This document shows, piece by piece, positions 39,903-49,552 of a stretch of 64,000 nt of DNA. A model generated the notes under the pieces. It was not told the DNA's origin, did not search any database, and was given only the letters and a program-made list of their open reading frames with translations. This stretch comes from Vicinamibacteria bacterium (GTDB lineage: Bacteria; Acidobacteriota; Vicinamibacteria; Vicinamibacterales; UBA8438): the NCBI GenBank assembly GCA_963579735.1, contig CAUZIB010000003.1, positions 1,062 to 65,061 of the forward strand. Direction: 5' to 3'. How positions within the stretch are numbered: the stretch's first letter is position 1; the number at the start of each line of letters is the position of its first letter. Made by a program: the position numbers and the translations under genes.

Positions 39903-41582
39903 CTACCGTCTCCGCCACCAGGTGAAGACGCCGCTTCCGAGGACCGCGCCGGGGATAATAAGAAACGATAGCCAGAAAATATTTCGTTGTTGCATCGCAG
40001 TGATGGTGATCCGTCGGTCTTCTGGCTCGCGTGGCCGGATGGCGATCAGGTTTTCCTGTTGGGCTAACCAGTTGATCGTATTCAGGGCGAGGTCTCGGTT
40101 TCCCTGCGTCCCCAGTGCCGCGTTTGATGCGAAATCTGAGTCTCCAACGACCGCGACCCGCGCCTCCGTGGCTTCGTCGCTCCCCGCGGTGTCTCCGGCA
40201 AGGTCGGTCCCTGCGATGTCTGCGGTGTCCGGTTCAGTGTCCGCCGCCGATGTTCCGGTAGCGCCGGTTGGGTCGACCTCGATCTGGATCGCCACGGCTG
40301 CCGCAATCGAAATAGGGCCGGGCAGGTCATCGTCTCCCGCGCTGACCTCACCGCCTGCGAGCTCATCGAGGCTTGTTTCTGCCCAGCTCTGGGGCGATGT
40401 CTCGGCAAAGCTTTCCGCAATCCGACCATCGACGCCACCCGAGACCGGTGTCACCGAACGCGCCAACGGAAACGCGGTGAGGAGCTCGAAGTCGTCCGTA
40501 ATCGGATGCGGAGGGTATTGGGACGCAAGAGGTACGGTTGGCCCGGTTCCCAGCAGCTGACCCACGCCGCTGACGTCTACGATCACGTTTGACCCGACAT
40601 CGATGGCCCACTCGGCCAGCAGCGCAATCAGGTTGCTCTGGTCTTGCTCCACGGCCGCGGCGCTGTCTGCGGGATCGATAAGGAAGAGAGCCTTGCCGCC
40701 AGCTTCGAGATACTCCCTGAGGATCGTGATCTCGCCGGGTAGATAGTCGGTCGTCGGACCCGCGACCACGAGCACGGACGCGTCCGTGGGTATGGTCCCT
40801 GTCTGCGCGATCACCACCGTGTCGACCGAGAGATTGTCGCGACGAAGTGCGTCCCGAAAGCCGCTATACCCCGTGCGCTCGCTATCGTCCGGCGACCGCT
40901 CGCCGTGTCCTTGCACGAAATACACGTGCTGTTCTTCACCCTCGATCACCTTGATGAGCGCGTTGGTCACATCTTGTTCATCGTCCGAGCCGACGCGCTC
41001 CACGCGTCCCTCATACTCGATGACGACGGTTCCATACGCCTGCACCTCATATTGACGTGCAACGCTGGGATTCTTGTCGATGTCGACGTATTCGAGCTCC
41101 ACTTGCGATGAGGTGTACGCATATTCTTGGAGTCGGTCGCGGTAGCCAGGAAAGTCGATCTCCTGGGCAAACACCATCATCCGTATGGGGGAGTCCAAGG
41201 ATTCGAGGAGCCGGATTGTTTGCGGCGCCAGCGAGTACTGCCGCGCCGCGGTCAGGTCCCAACGGACGTTTTGTCGTGCCAACACGAAGTTGGCAAGCAG
41301 CAAGATGCCCAGCGCGATGAAGATGCTCGAGAAGGCTAGCGCGCCGGAACGGATCTGTCGCCGGCCGAGGCTGTCAGCGATCTGGCGCCACTGGGTAACG
41401 CCGTAGAGCAGGATGAGGACGATGCCTGCGATGAGTGCCCAGAACGACAGTTGTTCGCGCGCAGGCATTACAAATCGAACGATGACGCCGCCGGCCACAC
41501 ACGCCATCCCCGCCCAACCGAGAATGTCCGAGAGTTGACCAAGTTTTCCCGTGTCGCTGCCTGCCATGTCCTTATCGCTCAT
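39903..41582 (-). CDS. GldG-family ABC-type auxiliary component
   Basis: RWDLT....SL, YF.QGHGE, VVGDSDF, N.DL.LN.INWL, C-terminal TM plus WWRRR. Confidence 0.9.
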   Translation of the reverse strand: MSDKDMAGSDTGKLGQLSDILGWAGMACVAGGVIVRFVMPAREQLSFWALIAGIVLILLYGVTQWRQIADSLGRRQIRSGALAFSSIFIALGILLLANFVLARQNVRWDLTAARQYSLAPQTIRLLESLDSPIRMMVFAQEIDFPGYRDRLQEYAYTSSQVELEYVDIDKNPSVARQYEVQAYGTVVIEYEGRVERVGSDDEQDVTNALIKVIEGEEQHVYFVQGHGERSPDDSERTGYSGFRDALRRDNLSVDTVVIAQTGTIPTDASVLVVAGPTTDYLPGEITILREYLEAGGKALFLIDPADSAAAVEQDQSNLIALLAEWAIDVGSNVIVDVSGVGQLLGTGPTVPLASQYPPHPITDDFELLTAFPLARSVTPVSGGVDGRIAESFAETSPQSWAETSLDELAGGEVSAGDDDLPGPISIAAAVAIQIEVDPTGATGTSAADTEPDTADIAGTDLAGDTAGSDEATEARVAVVGDSDFASNAALGTQGNRDLALNTINWLAQQENLIAIRPREPEDRRITITAMQQRNIFWLSFLIIPGAVLGSGVFTWWRRR

Positions 41583-42349
41583 CCTCGCCACCGCTCGCTA
41601 TCAACGGACTTTGCCGTGAGGAACAACCCAAACGTGATGAAGCTGACGTAGTACATCAGGTGGCTCGTGTCGATCACACCCTTTGAGAAGTCATCGAAAT
41701 GGTCGAGCACAGACAGATAGGCCAAGACCTGGCTGGTGGTTGAGCCGCTGGTCGGATCGGCAAGCCAGCTGATGACCCAGAACATTAGGAGTACCGCGAA
41801 GGTGACCATCGCCGCGACAGCCTGATTCTTTGTTGCGCTCGAGATGAGCAGACCGATGGAGATAAACGACGCGCCCATGAGAAAGAGTCCCAGATACCCC
41901 GTGAGCACCGGCCACAGCTCGGGTTCGCCATAAAGAAACACGACACTCATGTGGATGGCGGTGACCCCAAGCATGAGCGCAAACAGAGCCAGCGCCCCCA
42001 GAAACTTGCCGCCAATGATCTGCACATCGGTCAGAGGTGAGGACCGCAACAGCTCCATCGTGCCCGAACGCTTTTCCTCGGCATAGGACCGCATCGTGAT
42101 GATCGGGAGGACAAACAACATAATCACCGCCGTATTTCCAAACAGCGGCCGAATCATGAACTCGTTGATATTGATGGGCGGGGCGCCCTGCATCATTCCG
42201 GCTTGGAGGCTGATTCTGAGCACAAAGCCCAGAGAGCTGTAAAAGAACACGCCAAAGAGCAGCGCGAACAGCCCCACTACAACGTAGGCAATCGGCGACA
42301 CGAAGAACGACCGCAGCTCCTTCTGGGCGATCACAAAGACATGACTCAT
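41579..42349 (-). CDS. GldF-like ABC-2 permease
   Basis: KELRSFF.SPIAY, TMR..AEEKRSGT.ELL, NQ.VAA. Confidence 0.92.
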   Translation of the reverse strand: MSHVFVIAQKELRSFFVSPIAYVVVGLFALLFGVFFYSSLGFVLRISLQAGMMQGAPPININEFMIRPLFGNTAVIMLFVLPIITMRSYAEEKRSGTMELLRSSPLTDVQIIGGKFLGALALFALMLGVTAIHMSVVFLYGEPELWPVLTGYLGLFLMGASFISIGLLISSATKNQAVAAMVTFAVLLMFWVISWLADPTSGSTTSQVLAYLSVLDHFDDFSKGVIDTSHLMYYVSFITFGLFLTAKSVDSERWRG

Positions 42350-43371
42350 ACGGGACCTCCATCAGTCGACGAGGTGGCCGGGGTTTCGGGAGCGGGCGCC
42401 TCGCCCTCGTCACGGTGCGTGTCGGCGTCAGCGTTCGCTTCATCCACCGTAGTGAGCTCGAGGAAAATGTCCTCCAGGCTCATTTTTAGTGGTCGGAGCT
42501 CCAGTAAACCCCAGCCACTGGTCACGACCGCGTTGGCGACGTCTCGTCTCACATCAGAGCCGATGGCGGTTTGAATGTCGAATACGCGGCTTCCGACAAG
42601 CTCGGTCTTCAGGGACACCTGGGTCACGCCCGCTACCTCGGCAAGCACCGGCATCGCATCCGACCCGGCCGTGTCGACCTCAAGGCGAATCGTCTCCGAG
42701 CCACCCAATCGCTCGGTCAGATTGTTCGGGGTGTCGACGGCTACCACGCGTCCCTTGTTGATAATCACAACCTGCTCGCAGGTCTGCGACACCTCGGGGA
42801 GGATGTGCGTGCTCAGGATGATCGTGTGATCCCCAGCTAGATCGCGGATAAGCTGTCTGGTCTCGATAATCTGCTTCGGGTCGAGCCCGGCGGTCGGCTC
42901 ATCGAGGATGAGCACGTCGGGGTTGTGAAGAATAGCCTGGGAAAGACCGACCCGCTGACGATAGCCTTTCGAGAGTCTGCCGCAATGGCGGTCGGCCACA
43001 TCCGTAATATTCGTCCGCTCCATGGCGGTGGCGATTCGGGACGCGCGGTCCGTGGCGCGCACGCCACTGATTTTGGACGCAAACGTCAGGTATTCGCGGA
43101 CGGTCATATCCGGATAGAGTGGCGGCGTTTCCGGGAGATAGCCCGTTCGACGCTTTGCCTCGACCGGCTGTTCAAAGACATCGTATCCAGCGACCAGTGC
43201 TTTCCCGTCGGTGGGGGGGATGCACCCGGTCAGGATGCGCATGGTGGTTGTCTTGCCCGCACCGTTCGGCCCCAAGAATCCCAGAATCTGTCCGGAATCA
43301 ACCCGAAAGCTCACGTCGTCGACGGCCTTGAACGGACCGTAGCGCTTTGTAACGTTTTGGACCTCGATCAC
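42346..43371 (-). CDS. GldA-like ABC transporter ATP-binding protein
   Basis: GPNGAGKTT, LSKGYRQR, ILDEPT, STHIL. Confidence 0.95.
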   Translation of the reverse strand: MIEVQNVTKRYGPFKAVDDVSFRVDSGQILGFLGPNGAGKTTTMRILTGCIPPTDGKALVAGYDVFEQPVEAKRRTGYLPETPPLYPDMTVREYLTFASKISGVRATDRASRIATAMERTNITDVADRHCGRLSKGYRQRVGLSQAILHNPDVLILDEPTAGLDPKQIIETRQLIRDLAGDHTIILSTHILPEVSQTCEQVVIINKGRVVAVDTPNNLTERLGGSETIRLEVDTAGSDAMPVLAEVAGVTQVSLKTELVGSRVFDIQTAIGSDVRRDVANAVVTSGWGLLELRPLKMSLEDIFLELTTVDEANADADTHRDEGEAPAPETPATSSTDGGPV

Positions 43372-43656
43372 GAGGCTGCTCCTTCACAGACGCTGTGAAT
43401 TGATTGCGGAGGAACGCTCCGCCGATAGCTAATTTGACGCTCGATACGCCGAAACGGGTCGTTGACGTACCCGACGCCACGGAAATCCGAAGGATGTAGC
43501 GCAAAGTCTAAAAGATCCGCCGCTAAACTCGACAACTGTTCATGGTAGACAGTCGGCCGAAAAAGTGTCAAACACGAGCCCACTGCGTTGCGCTTTTTCT
43601 CCACGACCGTTCCCGAGCGACGGGGGACTCCTTTTGCTGACCGCCGGACTATCGGG

Positions 43657-44373
43657 TCAGCTGCGGTCACCGTCGATGACGAAGTGTTGGTCAACAAACT
43701 CATCGATGGCCGATTGGTCGACGGCATCGACGTCTTCAAACTGGAGTCCCATACCCGTCCGATGGTCGCTCCAAGCTACTCGACACGCAGCGCCTACCTC
43801 GTGCTGTGACCCGGGGAGCCGAAAACGAGCGGCGACCTTGGTTCCCGGTTCGAGCGGGGTCATCGTTCGCACTCCAAGCCCACCCTTGCTCAGGTTGAGA
43901 GATAGCGCGGTTGTAATGGTCTCGTTGTAACGATACGAGATGGGGATGTCCAGCGTGACCCGTAGGCTGGTCCGCCGATTGAAGTTCTCTGGAAAAAGGA
44001 GCGGGGCCAACGCGGGCAAGATGTGATGGACGGCGCTGTGCTCGCTGATGTAAGCGGTGACACCACGCTTCTGAAGCGCTCGGACGTCTTGCGCGCCATT
44101 GACCGACCCGGCGAAGACGACGATAGGCACTTGTGGGTCGACGCGTCGAATCGTTTCGACTCCGGCAACACCCTTGCCGCCTACCCGGAGGTCGAGAACG
44201 ACCAGATCCACGGCGTCGGCCGCCGAGCGGAGGTGGGTGAGGAGCTCGTCTTCGGTAGCCGCTTCCACGACCCGGTGCCCGGTGGGCTGAAGTGCAACTC
44301 TGAAGCGGTCACGAACCTCGGTCGCGGTGCTTGTCACCGCGACGACCTTTGGGGCGCCAGGAGGCAGGGTCAT
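43657..44373 (-). CDS. atypical receiver domain fused to a PilZ domain
   Basis: REC-like VVLDL region; PilZ RRTSLR and NLSKGG motifs, GMGLQF. Confidence 0.85.
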   Translation of the reverse strand: MTLPPGAPKVVAVTSTATEVRDRFRVALQPTGHRVVEAATEDELLTHLRSAADAVDLVVLDLRVGGKGVAGVETIRRVDPQVPIVVFAGSVNGAQDVRALQKRGVTAYISEHSAVHHILPALAPLLFPENFNRRTSLRVTLDIPISYRYNETITTALSLNLSKGGLGVRTMTPLEPGTKVAARFRLPGSQHEVGAACRVAWSDHRTGMGLQFEDVDAVDQSAIDEFVDQHFVIDGDRS

Positions 44374-44429
44374 TGGCGAGTCTAATATGGAACGGGTGAG
44401 GCTAGAAGGAAATGCCTCAGGAAGAACAA

Positions 44430-44458
44430 TTGACAGGATTTGGGCAAGTTTGTAAGCT
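44430..44458 (+). promoter_or_regulatory. sigma70-type promoter upstream of pal
   Basis: TTGACA - 17 bp - TAAGCT. Confidence 0.65.
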
Positions 44459-44552
44459 CAGCCGCGAGCGGGCGTACGATAGCATCCCGCGTTTCTCGCG
44501 CCGCGTCGCGACTGTTAGCTAACGTGTCTCACGTCTCTGAACGGAGAGGATT

Positions 44553-45122
44553 ATGACATCCGCATGGCGTAAGTTGCTGGCGTTTTCGATGTGCGCCATT
44601 TTTGTAGGTGCTGCTGCTTGCTCGTCGAACCCACCACCCGAGCCGCCGCCGCCGCCGCCCCCCGACGTCCCACCACCCCCGCCCCCGCCCCCGCCGCCGC
44701 CGCCGCCGCCTCCCCCCCCGCCGCCGCCTCCACCGACCGAACAAGAGCTGTTCGACCGAAAGAGCCTGGACGAACTCAACAGTGAGTCGCCGTTGGACGA
44801 GGTCCACTTCGACTACGACGAGGCGGTCCTTCGGCCAGACGCGCTGGCAGCGCTTCAGCGTGATGCGCGGTGGTTACTCCAGTGGACATCGACCGAAGTG
44901 CGAATCGCTGGGCACTGCGACGAGCGCGGGACAAACGAATACAACCTGTCGCTTGGCAATGAGCGGGCGACAGCGGTGAGTGACTACCTCGTGAGTCTCG
45001 GTGTCGACGCCAGTCGTATCACGACGATCAGCATGGGAGAGGAACAGCCGTTCTGTCAGGAAGAGACGGAAGCATGCTGGCAGCAGAACCGAAGCGGCCA
45101 CTTCTTGGTCACTGCAAAATAG
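44553..45122 (+). CDS. pal: peptidoglycan-associated lipoprotein (OmpA C domain) with polyproline linker
   Basis: GGAGAGG RBS, lipobox AAAC, FDYD, GHCDERGT.EYN.SLG..RA, QNR. Confidence 0.92.
   Translation: MTSAWRKLLAFSMCAIFVGAAACSSNPPPEPPPPPPPDVPPPPPPPPPPPPPPPPPPPPPPTEQELFDRKSLDELNSESPLDEVHFDYDEAVLRPDALAALQRDARWLLQWTSTEVRIAGHCDERGTNEYNLSLGNERATAVSDYLVSLGVDASRITTISMGEEQPFCQEETEACWQQNRSGHFLVTAK
44631..44735 (+). repeat. CCN codon tract (32 Pro in 35 codons)
   Basis: Counted from the sequence; includes 22 consecutive Pro codons at 44670-44735. Confidence 0.9.
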
Positions 45123-45140
45123 CGAAGCGTCGATTCTGAG

Positions 45141-45857
45141 CTACTGTCCTCGTTCACGGACGTCGCGCTCGATTGCGAGCGCGGCGGCCTTGGGGTCGGC
45201 CGCCGCCACGACGGGCCGACCAACCACGAGATAGTGGGCGCCGGCGCGCATCGCGTCGCCGGCGCTCATCGTTCGAATCTGGTCCTCTCCTGGGATACGG
45301 CCTTTCTGTGGTTGCACCGCCTGGCGAATACCCGGTGTCACGATCGTAAAATCTCCACCGCACTGCCGCGTCACCAGTTCTATCTCGAGCGGCGACGCAA
45401 CCACGCCATCCACTCCCGCTTCCTGTGCCAGCGAGGCAAGTCTTGTCACCTGTCCGGAGATGGGCGGCGGGACGCCGATTTCTTGCAGGCGCGAATCGCC
45501 AAAACTGGTAAGCACTGTTACGGCGACGACGAGCGGTGCGTGAAGGTGTCGGGCTGCCGCTTCGTGCGCAGCAGCTAACATCTCTGTCCCGCCCGCGGCG
45601 TGTACCGTGAGCATCCATACCCCAAGGTCGGCTGCGACCCGGACGGCGTGACTGACGGTGTTGGGGATGTCGTGATACTTGAGGTCAAGAAACACTCGAT
45701 GACCGTCTTCCACCACTCGCCGCACGATGGACGGGCCCTCGCCCGTAAAGAGCTGGCTTCCGATCTTGAATCCACCGGCGACAGCGCCTAGCTGGTCGGT
45801 GAGTTCACACGCACGGTCGGCGGTGTCGACATCTAGGGCAATGAGAAGTTCACGCAT
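45141..45857 (-). CDS. pyrF: orotidine-5'-phosphate decarboxylase
   Basis: IALD, FLDLKYHDIPNT, VTPGIR, VVGRP. Confidence 0.97.
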   Translation of the reverse strand: MRELLIALDVDTADRACELTDQLGAVAGGFKIGSQLFTGEGPSIVRRVVEDGHRVFLDLKYHDIPNTVSHAVRVAADLGVWMLTVHAAGGTEMLAAAHEAAARHLHAPLVVAVTVLTSFGDSRLQEIGVPPPISGQVTRLASLAQEAGVDGVVASPLEIELVTRQCGGDFTIVTPGIRQAVQPQKGRIPGEDQIRTMSAGDAMRAGAHYLVVGRPVVAAADPKAAALAIERDVRERGQ

Positions 45858-46777
45858 CAGTTGAGGTCAACCGCGCCAACGATACTCCCGGCGGATGGAT
45901 AGTGGTGACGTGTCAGGTAGGCCTCGAGCCCCGAGAGGAGCTTCCCCCAAATAAACGGATCTACAAAGTTTGCCGTACCGACTTGAACGGCGGTGGCGCC
46001 CGCGAGCATAAACTCAACGACGTCGTCGGCCGTCATGATCCCACCCATCCCCATGATCGGGATCGAGACCGCTTGTCGGACCTCATGAACCATACGTACG
46101 GCAATGGGTCGGATTGCGGGACCGCTCAGTCCCCCCATGCCGTTTGACAGTCTTGGTCGTTTTGTCTCGATGTCAATGGCCATGGCGAGGAAGGTGTTGA
46201 CCAGGGCAACGCCGTCTGCCCCGGCGTTTTCGGCCGCTTTTGCGAACGCCGCGATACTGGTGACGTTGGGAGTGAGCTTTGGCACGATCGGTAGTGTCGT
46301 GGCGCGCCTGACCGCCGATACGACGGCGTCGGTGCCGCCGAGGTCACATCCAAAGGTGATCCCGCCTTCTTTGATGTTTGGGCAAGAAATGTTGAGCTCC
46401 AGCGCTGCTACGCCATCCGCGTCAGACAAGACGCGCGCGAGCTCCGCATATTCGTCCACCGTTGTCCCGCAAATATTGACGATGACCGTCGCGTTTCGCG
46501 CCCTGAGCTCCGGCAATTTGTCGGAGACGAAACGCCGCACGCCGATACCTTGGAGCCCGATGGCATTGAGCATGCCGCTCGGCGTTTCGACGATTCGTTC
46601 CGGTGGGTGCCCTTCGCGCTCATCGACAAAGAGCCCTTTGACTGCGATTCCACCGAGCGACGCGAGATCGACGATTTCCGCGTACTCGAGCCCGTAGCCG
46701 AAGCAACCGCTGGCCGCCACCAGTGGGTTCTTGAGCGATAGCGAACCGAATTGGACCGACAGATCAGGAGATGACAT
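45857..46777 (-). CDS. pyrD: dihydroorotate dehydrogenase 1B catalytic subunit
   Basis: KNP...ASG.FG, MLNAIGLQ, ELNISCPN, KLTPN, GGLSGPAI. Confidence 0.96.
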   Translation of the reverse strand: MSSPDLSVQFGSLSLKNPLVAASGCFGYGLEYAEIVDLASLGGIAVKGLFVDEREGHPPERIVETPSGMLNAIGLQGIGVRRFVSDKLPELRARNATVIVNICGTTVDEYAELARVLSDADGVAALELNISCPNIKEGGITFGCDLGGTDAVVSAVRRATTLPIVPKLTPNVTSIAAFAKAAENAGADGVALVNTFLAMAIDIETKRPRLSNGMGGLSGPAIRPIAVRMVHEVRQAVSIPIMGMGGIMTADDVVEFMLAGATAVQVGTANFVDPFIWGKLLSGLEAYLTRHHYPSAGSIVGAVDLN

Positions 46778-46790
46778 GTTGCTGCAGGGG

Positions 46791-47624
46791 CTACGGAAGG
46801 GTGCTCCAGGATATTCGGTCACCGGGGAAGACGGGGCCCTCAAGGCAGGAGCGGACAAGACGCGTTGGCCCGTTGTCGGAAAGAACCGGGACGACGCAGC
46901 TGTAGCATCCGCCCAGCCCGCATCCCATCGTCTGTTCGAGCGATACCTCACACTGTCGTCCGTGCTGTGTCGCCAAGCCGGCGACAGCCCTCATCATTCC
47001 GGTCGGTCCGCACGCATACACAGTGACGTCACGTTCAGGGGGTTTGTTCTCGAGCGCTTGTGCCAGTGGCGCCGTGATGAACCCTCGGTGGCCGCGACTG
47101 CCGTCCTCGGTGGCCACGACTGTCCGGACGCCGATTTCTTCAAAGCGCTCAAGAAAATAGAGCTCGGCGGCCGAACGGGCGCCATAGAAGAGCGTGGTCC
47201 GAACCCCGCGTCGACAGAGGATTTCGGCGTGCGTCAGAAACGGGGCCAAGCCGACACCACCGGCGACCATCCATGCATCCCCGGACAGAGGTGGCTGGGA
47301 GAATGGCCGACCCAACGGTCCAAGACACTGAAGATGCTGACCGGACTCGAGGGCGTAGAGGGCGCTCGTCACGACCCCGACGGTTTTGTTGAGCAAGGAC
47401 AATCCGTGGACCTCTCCAGTGTCGGAGCTCCGGGTGACCTCGAAGACCGAGAACGGGCGACGAAGCAGCGGCGCACAGGTCGCAGCCGGCGTTGTCGTCT
47501 TGACCATGACGAATTGTCCTGGGCGGCTGGACGCTGCGATGGCAGACGCCGCAATCGTGAGGACGTTGTAGGCGGCCGAAAGCCGATCGTTCGACAATAC
47601 GACCGCATCGATATCGACCGGCAT
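46791..47624 (-). CDS. pyrK: dihydroorotate dehydrogenase electron transfer subunit
   Basis: PGQFVM, LRRPFS, GGVG.AP, CGP..M, MGCG.GGC.SC...C.EGPVF. Confidence 0.95.
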   Translation of the reverse strand: MPVDIDAVVLSNDRLSAAYNVLTIAASAIAASSRPGQFVMVKTTTPAATCAPLLRRPFSVFEVTRSSDTGEVHGLSLLNKTVGVVTSALYALESGQHLQCLGPLGRPFSQPPLSGDAWMVAGGVGLAPFLTHAEILCRRGVRTTLFYGARSAAELYFLERFEEIGVRTVVATEDGSRGHRGFITAPLAQALENKPPERDVTVYACGPTGMMRAVAGLATQHGRQCEVSLEQTMGCGLGGCYSCVVPVLSDNGPTRLVRSCLEGPVFPGDRISWSTLP

Positions 47625-47701
47625 GGAGAAAGTCGGTGACAGTATACCCAATGCTTTTTTTCCCGCGCTTCATGCGCCCGTCGTTTCTGGCATGATGCGA
47701 C

Positions 47702-49441
47702 GTGCGCTATCTTCGGATGCTGTCGAACGCCGTCGTGGCCGGAGTCTTCGCGGCGGCGTATATCGCGCTGGTCTTTCTTCAAGTCAACCCGCATCTTCCG
47801 CTGGATGTCGCCATGTTGTGGCCGCTCCTGGCGATTGTCGTCGGGTTCTACGCGGTGAACGCAACCGCCATCTTCTATGTCGCCATCGTCCTTCGACACC
47901 TTGTCGTTCAACGGTCGTTCGTACCCGGATGGCTGAGTTTGCGTCTTCTCTCGTGGTCAAGCGCGGCGTCGGCGACCGCTGCCGCGGCCCTCATGTGGTG
48001 GAACCTCCAGGGGCTTCGCACGGCACTCGAGGCCGAAGCGGCGCGTCGCCTCGGGGTCGGTGCGGTAGCAATGGGACTCTGTGCGACGGCGCTGTTGGCG
48101 ATCGCCGTGGTGCACTATTCATTCGGCCGACGCGGGAGCGCCGTCGGCGTCTCCTTGTATGTTTTGGCGGTCATGGCGTCGGTCACGTTGCCACTCGCGG
48201 CCCGCGGGGCGGGACAGCCTCGCCCTCTCAGCGCCTATCCGCTCGACCTGTCGCTGCGAAGCGCGCCGGGGCCTGGTTCGGCCAGGGTGGCGATGTTGCT
48301 GCTCGATGGAGCCTCGCTGGATTATGTGACGCTTGCGACAACCGCCGGTCGGCTGCCAAATTTTGGGAGGGTGCTCGACGCGGGCGCCGCCATGCACTTG
48401 GCGACGCTGAGCCCCACGCAACCTGGTCCAGTGTGGACCACAGTCGCGACCGGCCAGTATCCACCTCGTCATGGTGTGATTTCGGCGTCGACCTACCTGT
48501 ATGGAATCGGTCGACCGGCGTTGAGTCTGCTTCCTGACCATTGTTTTGCACAGGCATTGGTCTATCTGGGATTCTTGGATCAAGCGCCCGCGTCGTCGGT
48601 AGAGCTTCGTAGCCGTCCCCTCTGGAGTGTGTTGAGCGCGCAGGGCGTCGCGGTTGGTGTGGTGGGATGGCCGCTCACCCATCCAGCCCAACCGGTACGG
48701 GGGTTTCTTGTCAGCGACCAGTTTCATCTGACCCCAGACCCAGGCGTGGCCCGCGCCACCTATCCACCCGACATCGCGGCGGTCGGGGCCGCGACGATTC
48801 GCGAGGTCTCGAGGGGCCGCGAGGACAGCGTGCGACGCCCCGGAGAAGAAGGCGCGCTCGCCCCACCGGCGGCCGCAGCGCCGATCTGGCGAGACCGCGT
48901 ATATGGACGGATTGCAGACACGCTCCGGCGTCAATTTGCCGACGTCCAGTTCCTCGCCGTCCGCTATCGGGGGCTCGACTTGGCGGGTCACCGCTTTTTT
49001 CCGGCAGGGACACCCATTCCATTCCTTGGGCTCGCCGACACCCGGGGCGACCAGCAGAGCCTCGAGACCTACTATCAGTATGTCGACGTGGAGGTCGGCG
49101 CCATGCTCGGTCGGCTCCGTCCGAATGATCTCCTCTTGGTTGTCTCTGGTTTTGGGATGGAAGCCGTGAGCGTGTCAAAGCGCGTCCTGGCTCATCTCAC
49201 TGGCGACCCCGCCGCTACCGGGACGCACGAAAACGCCCCAGACGGGTTTTTGCTGGCATACGGGGCCCAAGTCGAGCCGGGGCGGCGACCGCGTGGCTCA
49301 GTCGTCGACGTGGCGCCGACGGTGCTGTATTTCATGGGCGTTCCAGTCGCGCGGGACTCCGATGGCGTGGTCCGGACGGATATCTTTACCGCCAGCTTTT
49401 CGGAAAGCCACCCGATCGCGTTTGTGCCGTCTCACGACTAG
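47702..49441 (+). CDS. membrane-anchored alkaline phosphatase superfamily (nucleotide pyrophosphatase-like) protein
   Basis: About 5 TM helices, LLDGA, WTTVATG..P..HG, DVAPTVLY.MG. Confidence 0.85.
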   Translation: MRYLRMLSNAVVAGVFAAAYIALVFLQVNPHLPLDVAMLWPLLAIVVGFYAVNATAIFYVAIVLRHLVVQRSFVPGWLSLRLLSWSSAASATAAAALMWWNLQGLRTALEAEAARRLGVGAVAMGLCATALLAIAVVHYSFGRRGSAVGVSLYVLAVMASVTLPLAARGAGQPRPLSAYPLDLSLRSAPGPGSARVAMLLLDGASLDYVTLATTAGRLPNFGRVLDAGAAMHLATLSPTQPGPVWTTVATGQYPPRHGVISASTYLYGIGRPALSLLPDHCFAQALVYLGFLDQAPASSVELRSRPLWSVLSAQGVAVGVVGWPLTHPAQPVRGFLVSDQFHLTPDPGVARATYPPDIAAVGAATIREVSRGREDSVRRPGEEGALAPPAAAAPIWRDRVYGRIADTLRRQFADVQFLAVRYRGLDLAGHRFFPAGTPIPFLGLADTRGDQQSLETYYQYVDVEVGAMLGRLRPNDLLLVVSGFGMEAVSVSKRVLAHLTGDPAATGTHENAPDGFLLAYGAQVEPGRRPRGSVVDVAPTVLYFMGVPVARDSDGVVRTDIFTASFSESHPIAFVPSHD

Positions 49442-49552
49442 TGGACTGAGTCTAGGCCTCGGCCGATGACGTATCGCCAAGAGAGCAAGGTTTTTGGAAC
49501 GTTTGGCTGCTATGCTCCCGGTAGCGTCGCCTCAACGACGACACTGCGGCTC

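Noticed and set aside
38445-43371. Gld-like ABC operon as evidence of gliding motility
   Set aside because: GldA/F/G-DUF4340 operons are widespread in non-gliding bacteria; no motor or T9SS genes here.
43368-43739. 123-aa minus-strand ORF between the PilZ gene and the ABC ATPase
   Set aside because: Overlaps the PilZ gene, composition is not protein-like; probably a promoter region.
44519-44807. Poly-Gly, poly-Arg and poly-Ala ORFs
   Set aside because: Alternative frames of the pal polyproline tract.
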